A DNA stretch of 64,000 bases from the human T2T-CHM13v2.0 reference genome, Homo sapiens, in assembly GCF_009914755.1 (NCBI RefSeq), contig NC_060947.1; one strand, given 5' to 3'. The position numbers and the translations under genes are program-made. Position 1 is the stretch's first letter; each line of letters starts with the position of its first letter. A model generated the notes under the pieces. It worked only from the letters and a program-made list of their open reading frames with translations. It made no database searches and had not been told where the DNA came from. Of this stretch, positions 22,412 through 36,300 are shown piece by piece.

Positions 22412-23660
22412 ACACGAGACTCAAAACTATCAAAATCCTAGAAGAAAACTTAAATAAAACTCTTCTTGACATTGGCCTAAGCAAACAATTTATGATTAAG
22501 TCTTCAAAAAGACATGCAACAAAAACAAAAATAGACAAATGGGACTTACACTAAAAAGTTTCTGCACTGCTAAGGACATAATCAACAGAGGGAAGAGACA
22601 ACTAACCTGTTGAATGGTAGAAAATATTTTTTAAATATTCATCTAACAAGAGACTAGTATTAAAATTTTACAGGGAACTCAACACACAAAAAAATCCAAT
22701 TTAAAAAGTAAGCAAAGTGCACGAATAGATATTTCTGAAAAGAAGACATACAAATGGCCAACAAGTATATGAAAAAATGGTCAACATCACTAATGATTGA
22801 GGAAATGCAAATTAAATTCACAGTGAGATATCATCTTATCCCAGTTAGAATGGCTATTATCAAAAAGACAAAAATAGCAGATGCTGGCAAGGATGTGGAG
22901 GATATACAAGAATATACTGTTCCTGGGTAAGTAAATTAGTATAGTCATTGTGGGAAACAGTATAACGATTTCTCAAAAAACTAAAAATAGAACTACTGTA
23001 CATTCCAGTAATCCTACTACTAGGAAAGAAAATCAGTTTATAAAAGGGACACTTGCAATCATATGTTTATTGCAGCACTATTCACAATAGCAAAGATATA
23101 AAATTAACCTAAGTGTCCATCAACAAGTGAATGGTAAAGAAAGTGTGGTGTATATATACAGAATGGAATACTGTTTAGCCATTAAAAAAAAGAAATCCTG
23201 TCACTTGCAGGAACATGGATGGAACTGGAGGTCATTATGTTAAGGGAAATAAGCCAGGCACAGAAAGACAAATATTGCATGGTTCTCACTCATATGTGGG
23301 AGCTAAAAGAGCAGATCTCATGAAGGTAGAATGATAGTTACCAAAGACTTGGAAGGGTGGGAGATGTTGAAGAGAAGTTGCTTAATAGTCACAAATATAC
23401 AGCTAGATAAAAGGAGTAAGTTCTTGTGCTTCTACAACATAGTAGGGGGACTATAGTTATTGACACTATACTGTATATTTCAAAATAGCTAGAAGAAAAT
23501 ATTCTAAATTTTCCCAACACAAAGAAATAATAAATGTTCAAAGTAATAGATATCCTAAATACCCTAATTTGATCACTACACCTTGTATGCACGTATCAAA
23601 ATATCACATGCACCCTGTAAATATGTACAATTATTATGTATCAATTAAAATGTTTTTTAA
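22412..23660 (+). mobile_element. 5'-truncated L1MA4-6-like element
   Basis: ORF2 3' end homology and L1MA 3'UTR (atttcaaaatagctagaaga...tatgtatcaattaaaa). Confidence 0.85.
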
Positions 23661-24427
23661 AAGATCCTTCGCTCTGAAAAAAATTGATATGACAACATTG
23701 CACGTTTTTAATAAAGAATCCTAAAGTGCATTATACAACAGAACAAACGTGGGTTATTTACACTCGTGTTTTATCTGGTAGACATTTTTAACCATTGTAG
23801 GTATAAGAGACTGTTACTTTTCTCAAATTTATATATGCTGTTTTAGAAACCAGTCTTTTTAATATACAAAGATAAATCCTTTCAGTTGGCAGAAAAAGTG
23901 AAGGCTATTACAATCCTTCTTAAAGCAGCTTGCAAACTTTGGATTTGTAATCATTATACCGTCATAGCCCAGTCTTAGCTCTAAGAACAAGGATTATGGC
24001 TACTGAGCAGTGATGGACTTCCTAGACTAGTTCTTAAACATAAATAGCAACAAAATCAGTTGGTTCATCCTCAAACTCCAAAATTTACAAGGAAAAACCA
24101 GAATGCTGCCATTAAGTTCAAATCTACAAAATATTGCCAACTATATATAATTAAAGGGAAAATAAACTCAATACCTCAAAGAATTTATATATTTTAAAAT
24201 GTATTAGTCACCCTGCCTGTGGATCCTGTAGCAGTTTTTGTAATATAAAGCTGGATAGTTGCATTTAATTTGTTTTAAAGGAAAGTTTCCATTAAAAGCA
24301 TACCCAATCAATGTGTTAATCATTAATGAATTTCTAGTCTTTTAGTTTTGAAGGCTTTATCTTCAAAATCATTTTCTATCCATCAAAATAGCTAAGTTGA
24401 ATTATTAAAACATCGCATCATTTAGCT

Positions 24428-24593
24428 AATAGTAATGTTCCTGTGTCAATTTCTTAGTTTTTACAAATGTACCATCGTGATATAAAAAATTAACAATCGA
24501 AGAAAATGGTTAAGGGGCATGTAGAAACTCTGTACCAGCCTTGTAACTTTTTTGTAAATATAAAATTATTCCAAAACATAAAGGTTATTAAAA
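24428..24593 (+). mobile_element. L1MC/ME-type 3' end fragment
   Basis: gaaactctgtacc...ttgtaacttttttgtaaatataaaattattccaaaa. Confidence 0.65.
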
Positions 24594-25199
24594 TATGCTC
24601 TTTTAAATGAAAACCTCTACTCCGCCAAACAATGAGAGCTCCTTTTGGAAAAAGATTCCTTAAGTTGTATTTATTTGAAATTCTATTGAAATCAACATTA
24701 TTTGAAGATGGTTTAAGCTGTTACTGTTGGGAATGAAAAGACCAAATAGGGAGAAACTGCCAAATCCACAAAAAATCCTCAAAATATAAGAAACCCAGGT
24801 AGCCCATAGACATTTGTTCTCAGAGGTGCAGTCCAAAATCAAGTAAACCAACTAAAAAATGTTTAGCGTGAATCAAAGAATAAAAACTTACAACAGTATT
24901 GGCCTTGATAAAAGCAATGTTCCTTCCCCTCACTAATTCATGTGAAGAACTTAACTGTCAGACCTTTGCGAACTAAAGTAGTGATTATTAAAATTCAGAT
25001 CTTGTTTTGAATGTTCCCTAATTTATTTACAAAAGTAAATATCCTTGGCATAATTCTAGCTCATTTTACCTTCATTTACATTTTTAGGAAAAAGTACGAT
25101 ATTTTCTTCCTATCAGGAATCTTGATTTTTCAATGACTGATTCTAGAAATATTTCAGAACAAAAGTCAATCTTAATATTTTTATGATCTATTAGCCATT

Positions 25200-25335
25200 A
25201 AATAATTTATTTGACAGGTTTACATATACTGAGTATCTACCATGTGCCAGACACTGTTATAGGTGCAGGAGATCTAGTAGTGAGTAAAAGAGAAGAAAAA
25301 TAAAAACCTTTCCTCAAAGAAGCTTACATTCTAGT
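25200..25335 (-). mobile_element. L2 3' fragment
   Basis: actgagtatctaccatgtgccagacactgttataggtgc...agcttacattctagt. Confidence 0.7.
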
Positions 25336-25349
25336 CATATTGTTCTCTC

Positions 25350-25510
25350 TTTTTTGTTTAAATTATTATTTTTAATTGACAAATCATAATTATATACATT
25401 CATTGTGTACAATATGATGTTTTGATATATGTATATAATGTGGAATTATTAAATTGAAGTCATTAACATGTTCATCATCCCATTTACCTATCTTTTTTAT
25501 GATGAGACAT
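25350..25510 (-). mobile_element. L1MA8/9-like 3' terminal fragment
   Basis: tttttaattgacaaatcataattatatacatt...gtacaatatgatgttttgatatatgtata. Confidence 0.7.
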
Positions 25511-26973
25511 CTTGTTCTTAAAAAGTAAGCAGAAATATACCAAGAAAATGACTTCACTATAATTGAATCATGTCTCTACCTTAAACTTCCTTTTCAGGGA
25601 AATCTAATAAGAAATGGTCTGCTATTTTTCAAAGCTAAAACACATCTTATTGTAACATTGCAGTAAGAGATACTTGGGAGTAGGCAGACAATGCCATGCA
25701 ATGATAATACCTGACAAGATAATATCCTAGAAAAGGTTCCTTTCCATCAAATGAACTCTAATAAAGAATGGCTCTGAAAATGTCAGACTTTGAAACTGCC
25801 TTTTATGTACTCATTGATAATGCATAGAATCTGTTTGTTATTCATATATAACTTGAAATTTCCCCCATTAACACTTGAGGGCAGATTATCAGAGTAAGGA
25901 GAGTTTTGAATGTGGGATACATTTGTTTCCTCTTCCTCCATATCTCATCCAATTGTGTAGTTTGATGTCCTCCCTAACATTGCCTTTAATATTAGTTAAT
26001 TCACATTTTTCTTCCTACTCATATAGTTTTCAGTTCAACTATAATATAAGTGTATATGGCAAACCACATTGGCCAGTTGATCACGGTGCATATTAATACT
26101 TTCAATTTGGCTTAAAATAACTAGAAGGGAAAAAGAATAAAATACCCAAATCCACTCAAAGCTCACATTCTCTATATCCTTCAAATAAATAGACTTCAGT
26201 CTCAGACATACTTTAACTTATGAGAATCATTTCAGGTACTATCACAGCTATTCTTGTCTGTCTTTAATGCTCCAGCATAATTGGTCTTAATCCCTTCTCC
26301 AAACCATCCTCTTCAAAAAAAAAAAAAAAATCCAAGTCTACATCTCTATATAAAGGAATGAGTTCAAGTTTTTCTTTTAGCTTATTAGCTTTGATATCTT
26401 GGGTAAGTCACTTAACTACCAATCCTTTAACAGTATTAGTCCCAATTAATACAAAGTCAGAAGTACCTGTTACTACAGAATTTAATGTTTCTAGTTGGCC
26501 AACTTTAAAAGAAATTCTATTAAATGAAGTGACACACAAAAAATGTTTTACTGTCATTCAGAAACAACAAACTACATTCATACAAAACTACAGAAAAGAG
26601 TATTAAAGTCCACAGACCACTCAGTTATAAATTCTTTTTGCAATAATTTTTTTCCTTTGATTTTGTACAATTAAACAATATAGTTTTTCTATTAATAAAT
26701 GTCACAAAGTAATACTGACTTTTAAACACATAACTTTTAAAGACAGACGGTAATAGTAACTGAGTTGATACAGATTTTTGAGTGTATATTGATACTTATT
26801 TAAGGTAGCATCCACCTTTCAATTAAAACTGCAAAACAAAACAGAAAATGTCATGGTGTAATAGGAAAATAAGCAGATATCCTCTAGAGGTTTCTCTTTC
26901 CTTGCATCAGTTTGAATCATCAAATTGCAATGGCTGTTTGGTTAATATTTTTACCAGTGCATGGAATACTCAC

Positions 26974-27011
26974 TTATCAGTCAATCCATTAAGCTACACT
27001 TGGGCATTCAC
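26974..27011 (-). other. candidate 38-nt exon
   Basis: minus strand: long T-rich tract then ataag|GTGAATGCCC...GACTGATAA|gtgagt. Confidence 0.45.
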
Positions 27012-27109
27012 CTTATAAAAAAAGAAAAACAGTAGGGTTTTAAAAAATTTCATTGTTATGAATTTGGGGAGCTATTTTAGGAATCTATGTCCGAAGTATT
27101 ATATCGTTT

Positions 27110-29030
27110 GCAAAACTCATTTGGGCTGTGGCAAAGAGTATGGTAGTTCTTCAAAAAGTTAACCATAGAATTACATATGACCACACAATTTGAATTTTAG
27201 ATATATACCCCAAAGAACTAAAAATGTAAGTCAACACAAAAACTTGTGCATGAACATTAATAGCAGCATTATTCATAATAGTTAAAAAGTGAAGAAAAGC
27301 CTAATATCCATCAACTGATAAATGGAAAATTAAAATGCGGAATATCAATGCAATGGAATATTGTTTAGAATTTTTAAATCAATGAAGTACATATTATAAC
27401 ATGTATGAACCTTGGCAGCATTATGCTATGCAAGAGAAGCCAGGCACAAACAGATCCTATATTGTATTATGACATTCAAATGAAATGTTCAGAGTAGGAA
27501 TATCCTTAGAGACAGAAAGTACATTAGTGGTTTTCAGTGGCTGGGGGAAGGAGGGAATGGGGAGTAAATGTTAATGGGTACAATATTTTCTATGAAAATT
27601 CTCTGGAATTAAATAATGGTGCATTAGTCCATTTTCATATTGGTATAAAGAACTGACTGAGACTGGGTAATTTATTTTAAAAAGGAGATTTAATTGATTC
27701 ACAATTCAACATGGCTGGGGAGACCTCAGGAAACTTACAATCATGGCAGAAGATGAGGGGAAAGCAAGGCACTTTCATCACAAGGCAGCAGGAAGGAGAA
27801 GAGCTGAGAAAATGGTGAAGAGCCCCTTATGAAACAAGACTCCCTTATAAAACTGACTATCAAGAGAACAGCATGGTGGAGACCACCCCTGTGATTCAAT
27901 TATCTCCACTTGGCCTCTCCTTTGACACATGGAGATTATGTGGATTACAATTCAAGATGAGAGTTGGGTGGGAGGACAAACCCTAACCACGTTATTTCAC
28001 CCCCAGCCTCTCCCAAATCTCATGGCCCTTTCACATTTCAAAACCAATCATGCCTTCCCAGCAGTCCCCCAAAGACTTTATTTATTGCAGCATTAACTCA
28101 AAAGTCCAATTCCAAAGTCTCATATGAGATAAAACAAGTTTCTTTCACCTACAAGCCTATAAAATCAAAAGCAAGTTAATTACTTCCTAGATACAACAGG
28201 GGTAAGGACATTGGACACTCTTTTCCAAGTGTCATAAATTGGCCAAAGTGCAGGCACTACAGGCCCCATGAAAGTCTGAAATCCAGTAGGGCAGTGAAAT
28301 CTCAAAGCTCCAAAATGATCTCCTTTGGCTCCGTGTCTCACATTCAGGTCATGCTGATGCAAGAGGTGGGCTCCCAGTGCCTTGGGCAGCTCCATTCCTG
28401 TGGCTTTGCAGGGTACAGCCCCCCTCCTGGCTGCTTTCATGGTCTGGCATTGAATGTCTATGGCTTTTCCAGGCGTATGGTGCAAGCTGTCAGTGGATCT
28501 ACCATTCTGGGGTCTGGAGGATGGTGGCCTTCTTCTCATAGCTTCACTAATCAGTGACCCAGTGATGACTCTGTGTGGGGGCTTCCACCCCATATTTCCC
28601 TTCTGCAGTGCCCTAGCAGAGTTTCTCAATTAGGGCTCTGCCCCTGCAGCACACCTGTGCCTGGACATCCAGACATTTCCATACATCCTCTGAAATTTAG
28701 GTGGAGGTTCCAAACCTCAATTATTGTCTTCCATGCACCCACAGAACCAACAACACGTGAAAACTGCCAAGGCTTAGGGCTTGCACCCTCTGAAGCAATG
28801 GCCTGAGCTGTACCTTGGCCCCTTTTAGCCATAGCTGGAGCAGCTGTGACACAGGGCTCAAGTCCTGATTTGAATCACAATTCAAGATGACATTTGGGTG
28901 GGGACACAAAGCCTAGTCATATCAGTTGTGATAAATTTACAACTTTGTGAATACAGTAAAAACTAGTGAATTGTACACTTTTAAAGGGTAAATGTTGTGG
29001 CATGTAAGTTATATCTAAATATTTTAAAAT
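27110..29030 (+). mobile_element. L1MB-type 3' fragment (27110-27619 and 28925-29030) split by a MaLR insertion
   Basis: L1MB 3'UTR motifs (gagacagaaagtacattagtgg; aactttgtgaatac...ttgtacacttttaaagggt). Confidence 0.75.
27620..28924 (-). mobile_element. THE1D/MSTA-like MaLR: LTR 27620-27995, partial internal region, remnant of second LTR 28870-28924
   Basis: LTR termini tgcattagtcc / gtcatatca; internal sequence homologous to 41103-41950. Confidence 0.88.
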
Positions 29031-29064
29031 TAGGTCATAAAGAAGCACAAGTTAAACTCATTTT

Positions 29065-29260
29065 GTTTCAATACTTACTGTGTAGACTTCAGCAAATTAT
29101 TAAACCTGAGCCTCAATTTCTGTCATTTGCCTAACAAGGGTAATAATATCAAACAAACAAGGTTATTGTGACTTGATAAAATATAAAATATGACATGCCT
29201 AACATGCAGTAAATACCTAACGAGTACAGTTATTTTTGTTATTATTATCATTATTACTAT
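29065..29260 (+). mobile_element. MIR fragment
   Basis: core-like gcaaattattaaacctgagcctcaatttctgtcatttg. Confidence 0.65.
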
Positions 29261-30029
29261 CATTTTAAAATCATGGGCTAGAAAGAAACTCAGAAATCCT
29301 CAAATTCTTCTATTAACTAATGAAATACCTCACCTTTCTGCCCTATGTTCTTTGTTTTTTGATCTTATGTTGCATATCGATGAGTTACTGCCAATCAGTA
29401 AAATATACAGATACACATATACACACATGCATATACTATACTCATACATATATAAAATAATATCTAAAAAATGCTTTGTATCTAATACTTGTTATATTTT
29501 CTCAACAAACTGGCTTTCACAGCTATTAAATATCTCTCAGTGACACACTATGCATATCTCAAAAGGCTATAGCTCCTTAAAATATAAGCAAACAAATAAA
29601 TCCACATATGCATATTCTGAGATTTCTGTGGGTGACAAAAAATACCTAGTCTACTTCAAGCCATTGCTATTCTATCCTTACTCGTTGAAATAAGAAACAG
29701 TAGGTATATTTTTACTTGAATACGTTTATGCATAGTCAGGGACAAACCAGGCTCTGGTGATCATGGTTCAACTTTCTGATTCTATGAATTTGATGATTTT
29801 AGATACTTCACTAAGTATCTAAATCCTTCAATGTGCAGCAACAGTGAATGAATATTAAATATTTTATAGTTGTAAAAAGATATTTCATATATATGATCCT
29901 AATTAGTGGTAAACAAAAACTAGTGTGAGAATGGTAAATAATGCTGCCTATATATTCATTTAAAGTATTCTATTTTCAAACACCTTACTTTTATTGCAGT
30001 TACCTAGTGATACATATTCAATATGTTTC

Positions 30030-30150
30030 TCTCCATTTCACAAATGGAAAAACTGAGATATGCAAAACTAAATGACTTAAATAGGGAGACTCTATTCAGT
30101 AAAAGAAGAGTAGTCCAGGTATGAAAAGTCTCTTCTATTGAACTCTCTTG
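30030..30150 (-). mobile_element. MIR fragment
   Basis: ctccatttcacaaatggaaaaactgaga...aaatgactt. Confidence 0.55.
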
Positions 30151-31430
30151 CTAAAGGTGTAATTAATGAAAAGCAACATCAAAAAGGGACAGAGCAAGAT
30201 GGCAAAATGGAAGGCCCCACTGATCGTCCCCAAGGACACCAATTTTACAATTGTCTACACCAAGAAAACACCTTCATAAGGACCAAAAATCAAGTAAGCA
30301 CTCATAGTACCTAGTTTTAATTTTCTGTCACTGAAAGAGGCACTGAAAAGGTAATCTTGAATCACCAGTGCCACTGCTATCCCATCCCCCAGCAGTGGCA
30401 GCCTGGTGTGGAGAACATTTCTGTGTACTGAGGAGAGGAATAGTGCAGCAATTGTGAGGCATTGAACTTAGTGCAGACCTATTATAGCAGAAAACTAGAA
30501 AAAAACTCAGCTGACATCCACACGTGAAGGAAATATTTAAAGCAGCCCTAGCCAAAGGGTGATTGCTGATCCCAGCAGTCAGAACTTGAGTTCCTGGAAG
30601 CCTTGACACAGTGGGACAAAGTACTCTGGGGCCTTAAATAAGCTTGAAAGTGAGTCTAAGCCAAAAAGACTGCAACTCCTAGGTGAGTCTTAGTGCTGAA
30701 CTTGACCATGAGCCAGTGGACTGGGAAGTATATGACCTATTGAGAATCCAGCTAGGGGAGCTAAAGAAGCTAGTATCACTCATCCCCTAGCCTCAGACTA
30801 CATAGATCATGGCTCCAAAAGAGACTCCTTCCCTCTGCTTGAAGAGAGAAGATGAAAGAGTGGTGAAGACTTTGTCTTGGACTTTGGATACCAGCTCAGC
30901 CACAGCAGGATAGGGCACTGGTCAGAGGTTTGAGGCCCCCATTCCAAGGATCCTGGGAGACATTTCTAGACATAAACTGGGCCAAAAGGGAACCTGCTGC
31001 CTTTAAGGGAAGGACCCAGTCCTGGAAGGATATACCACCTGCTCCCTGAAGAGCCCTTGGGCCCTGAGTATCCAGCAGTAATACCCAGGTACCACATTGA
31101 TTGCATTGGGTGAGCAGCTGAGACTGTCTGGCTTCAGGTAAGACTCAGCATGTGCCAAAATGAGGTGTGACTCCTTTCACTTGAGAAAAGCAGTGGGTAA
31201 AGTAAATGAGACTTTGTTTTGCACATTAGGTATTATCTCAGCCACAGTGGAATAGAGAACCAAGTGGGATCTTGAGGTCTGCAATTCCAGGATGTGGCAC
31301 TTGAATGGCATTTGGGGATGTTCCCTGGGCCAGAGGGGAGCCCGCTGCACTGAAAGGAGAGTTACAGGCCAGGCAGCATTCACCGCAAGCTGACCAAAGA
31401 GCTCTTCAGCCTTAAGCAGGCATAGGTGGT

Positions 31431-31539
31431 AAAGAGCTCTTCAGCCTTAAGCAGGCACTCTCTCCTGCTCCATCATGGGAAAATGTGCATTGCTTCCCCT
31501 TAATCTTCCACCATGATTGTAAGTTTCTTGAGGCTTCCC
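31431..31539 (+). other. 109-bp templated insertion in the L1 5'UTR
   Basis: 31431-31457 = 31396-31422 and 31456-31543 = 33106-33193, both exact copies. Confidence 0.92.
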
Positions 31540-32929
31540 AGTTTGACAGTCCTCCTTTTGGGCTTGTGGTAGCAGAGGTGATGGGGTGAGGATCCTATGC
31601 TTTTGAAAATGGAAGAAAGAGTTGGAGGGACTGCATCTTGTGATTTGAGTTCTAGTCCAGCTGCAATACAATTGAACACTAGATGGACTTATAATACTTC
31701 AGTACATGGCTCCCAAATGGCAACTCTGGGCCTGCCTGAGGCATGGGGTAAACATGCTGCCCTGAAGGGAAGGACACAGGCTTGGCTGGTTTTGTGATCT
31801 GCTGATTATACAGGCCCAGGGGTTCAGTGAACCTAGGCAGTAGCCAGAGAGTGGTTATAGCAGGCCTTGGGTAAGACCCAGTGCTGTCCTGGCTTCAGGT
31901 CTGACCCAGTGCGGTACCAGTGGTGGTGGCCACAAAGGTGTTTGTGTCACTCCATCCCCAGCTCCATATGGCTCAGAAAAGAGAAAGAGACTTAGTTTGC
32001 CTGAGAAATGTAATGGAAGAGAAGAGTCTCTGCCTAGTAATCCAGAGAATTATCCTGTGTCTTGCCTAAGACCATCAAGGAGATGCCTCTATGAGTCTGG
32101 AAGAACCACCATATTACTGGGTTTCAGGAGCCCCCTAAAGTAGATACAGTTTAGATCACAAACCTCAAGTCATTTCAAATATCTGGAAAGTCTTCCCAAG
32201 AAGAATGAGTACAAACAAGCCCAAACTGAGAAGACTACAATAAATACTGAATTCTTCAATTCCCAGACACTGATGAACATCTACAAGTATCAAAACCATC
32301 CAGAAAAACATGACCTCACCAAATGAATTAAATAAGGCACCAGTGACCAATCCTGGAGAAACAGAGATATGTGACTTTTCAGACAAAGAATTCAAAATAG
32401 CTGCTTTGAGGAAATGCAAAGAAATTCAAGATAACACAGAGAAGAAATTCAGAATTCTATTAGATACATTTAACAAAGAGATGATGGAAATAATTAAAAA
32501 GCATCAAGCAGAAATTCTGGAGTGGAAAAAAGTGATGGTCATACTGAAGAATGCATCAGAATCTTTTAAAAACAGAAAAGATCCAGCAGAAGAAAGGATT
32601 AACGAGCTTGAAGACAGGTCATTTGAAAACAGTCAGAGGCAAAAACAGAAAAAATAAAATAAAAACAATGAAACATGCATACAAGATCTAGCAAATAGCC
32701 TCAAAAGGGCAAATCTAAGAGTTATTGGCCTTAAAGAGGAGATAGAGAAAGAGAGAGAGGTAGAAAGTTTATTAAACTAGATAAAAACAGAGAACTTGTC
32801 AAACCTAGAGAAAGATATCAGTAGCCAAATACAAGAAGAATATAGAACACCAAGCAGATTTAATCCAAAGAAGACTACCTCAAGGGATTTAATAATCAAC
32901 TTTCAAAGTTCAAAGATAAAGAAAGGATC

Positions 32930-33301
32930 TGATGTGTTTTGGATTTGCGTCACTGCCCAAATCTCAACTGAGTTGGAGGAGGGGCCAGGTGGGAAGTTTT
33001 TGGATCATCAGGGCAGATTTTTCCCTTGCTGTTCTTATGATAGTGAGTGAGCTCTCACGACATCTGATGGTTTAAAAGTGTGCAGCACCTTCCCCTTTAC
33101 TCTCTCACTCTCTCCTGCTCCATCATGGGAAAATGTGCATTGCTTCCCCTTAATCTTCCACCATGATTGTAAGTTTCTTGAGGCTTCCCAGTTATGCTTC
33201 CCGTTAAGCCTGTGGAACTGTGAGTCAATTGAACATTTTTGTTTAATAAATTACCCAGTTTCAAGTAGTTCTTTACAGCAGTGTGAAAACGGACTAATAC
33301 A
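32930..33301 (+). mobile_element. MSTA-like solo LTR inserted in L1 ORF1
   Basis: TG...ggactaataCA termini; 5-bp TSD ggatc/agatc; AATAAA near 33245. Confidence 0.9.
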
Positions 33302-36300
33302 AGATCCATAACAAACAACAACAAAAAAAAAAACAAGAGAAAGTAAAGAAATAATAACATCTTTAATACAATAAAGCTGCAATATGTCTGACAGAAGACT
33401 TTTTAGTGGAAACATTACAGGCCAGGAGAGAGTGGCAAGACATATTTAACATGCTGAAAAAAAAATTTACACTAGCATACCATACGTAGCTAAAGTATCC
33501 TTCAAACATGAAAGAGAAATAAAGTCTTTCCCAGGCAAACAAAAGCTTCTGAGGGACTTTATAAACACCAGACCTGTCATACAAGAAATGCTAGAGTGTA
33601 CTTCATTCAGAAAGAGAAAGTTGATGACAAGCAATAAGATACATCTAAAAGTACAAAACTTACTGGTAACAAACAGGAAGTACACAGAAAAACACAGACT
33701 AATTTAACACTGTAACTGTGGTGTGTAAACTACTTCTATCCTAAATAGAAAGACTAAATGATGAACCAATAAAAAATAAAAACTTCAACCTTTTTATGAC
33801 CTTGACAATACAATATTATTGTAAATAGAAACAATAAAAAGTAAAAAAGCAGAATGACAAAGGTAGTGTAGGGTCTTTATTAGTTTTCTTTTTGTTTGTT
33901 TGCCTTTGCAAACAGGGTGAAGTTGTTAACAGCTTAAAATAATGGGTTATAAGATAGTATTTGCAAGCCTTATGGTAACTGCAAACCAGAAAACATACAA
34001 CATATACACACAAAATAAAAAACAAGGAACTAAATCATATCACCAGGGAAAATTACCTTCAATGAAAAGAAGACAAGAAGGAAGGAAAGAACAAAAGGAA
34101 GATCACAAAACAACAAGAAAACAAATAAACAATGCAGTAAGAGTTAGTCCTTACTCACCAATAATAACATTGAATATAAATGGAATAAACTCTCCAATCA
34201 AAAGACACAGAGTGGCTGACTGAGGACAAAAAAGACCCATTGATCTGTTGTATACAAGAAACACATTTTTTAAACATATATGCACCTAACACTGCAGCAC
34301 CCAGAAAAATAAAGCAAATATTATTCGCATTCATTACATAGATGGGCCCGAATGCAGTGATAGCTGGAGGCTTCAACACCCCACTTTCAGCATTGAAAAG
34401 ATCTTCTAGACAGAAAGTAAACAAATAAACATCAGACTTAATCTGCACTATAGACAAAATGGATCTAATAGATATTTACAGAATATTTCATCCAAGAGCT
34501 GCAGAATACACATTCTTTTCCTCAGCACATGGATCATTCTGAAGGACAGACCATATATTAAGTCACAAAACAAGTAAAACATTCGAATGATGGAAATAAT
34601 GTCAAAAATCTTCTCTGACCACAATGCAGTAAAACAAGTAATTAATAACAAGAGGAATTTTGGAAGCCATAGAAACAGATGGAAAGTAAACAACATCCTC
34701 CTGAATCACCAGTGGGTCAATTAAGAAATTAAGAAGGAAATTGAAAATTTTTCTGAAGTAAATGATAATGGACACACAATATACAAAAGCCTATGGGATA
34801 CAGAAAAAGCAGTACTAAGGTGGAAGTTTATAGCTATAAGTGCCTACATTTAAAAAGAAGGAAAATCAAACAAACAACCTAACAATGCATCTTAAAGAAC
34901 TAGAAAAGCAAGAATAAACTGAACTCAAAATTAGTAGGAGAAAGAAAATAATAAAGATTAGAGCGGAAATAAATGCAACAGAAATAAAGAAAATAATATA
35001 AAAGACAAATAAAACAGAAAGTTGTTTTCTTTTGAAAAGTTAAGCAAAATTAACAAATGTTTAGCCAGATTAAGAAAAAAAGAGAGAAGTCACAAGTAAA
35101 TAAAATCAGAGTTGAAAAAGAGACATTACAATGGATATTGATGAAATTCAAAAGTTCATTAGCGGCTCCTAGGAGCAACTATATACCAATAAATTGAAAA
35201 ATCCATAGGAAATGGACAAATTTCTAGACACATACAACCTAACAAAATTTAACCTTAAGGAAACTCAAAATCTGAGCAGACCAATAACAAGTAACAAGAA
35301 TAAAGCTGTAATAAAACATTTTCCAATAAATAAAAGTCCAGAATCTGATAGATTCACTGCTGAATTCTAAACATTTAAAGAACTAATACCAATCCTACTC
35401 AAACTATTCCAAGATATAGAGAAGAAGGAAGCACATTCAAACTCATCCTATGAGGTCAGTATTACGTTGATACCAAAACCAGACAAAGAAAACCAAAGCC
35501 AATATATCTGATGAAGATTAATGAAAAAATCCTTAACAAAATACTAGCAAACTGGTTTAAACAACACATTGAAACTATCAGTCATCATGACCAAGTGGGA
35601 TTTATTTCAGGAATGCAAGGATGGGTCAACCTATGAAAATCGATCCATGTGATATATCAACAGAATGAAAAACAAAAAGGTTATTAATTATTTCAATTGA
35701 TGCTAAAAGAAACATTTTGTAAAATTCAACATCCCTTCATGATAAACACCCTAAACAACTGGGTATAAAAGGAACATACCTCAGTATAATAAAACCCATA
35801 TATGACAGACCCACAGCTAGTATTATACTAAAAATGGAGAAACTGAAAGTCTTTCCTCTAAGATCTGGAACACTGCAAGGATGCCCTTTGTCACCACTGT
35901 TATTCAGCATAGTACTGGAATTCTTATCTAGAGCAATCAGATGAGAGAAACATATAAAGGGCCTCCAAATTGGAAAGGAAGAAGTCAGGTAATCCAAGTT
36001 TGCAGATGATATGATCTTGTATTTGGAAAAACCTTAAGACTCCATGAAAAATACTATTAGAACTCATAAGCAAATTCTATAAAGTTGCAGAACACAAAAT
36101 CAACATACAAAAATCAGTAACATTTTTATATGGTAACATTGTAAAATCAAAAAAGGGTTTTAAGTATAATCGCATTTACAATAGCCAGAAATAAAATTAA
36201 ATAGCTAGGAATTTATTTAACCAAAGTGAAAGATCTTCATAATGAAAACTATAAAACATTGACAAAAGAAATTGTAGAGGACACCAAAAACTGGAAAGAT

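Noticed and set aside
21343-25663. Other plus-strand AG...GT segments (21343-21407, 25598-25663)
   Set aside because: Donors are weak and there is no consistent chain; expected by chance.
27964-28909. ORFs up to 149 aa (also 41604-42574)
   Set aside because: They lie in THE1/MST internal sequence, are fragmented and have no recognisable domain.
29190-29543. 117-aa and 109-aa (53010-53339) AT-rich ORFs
   Set aside because: They overlap MIR/L2 remnants and low-complexity sequence, with no splice or homology support.
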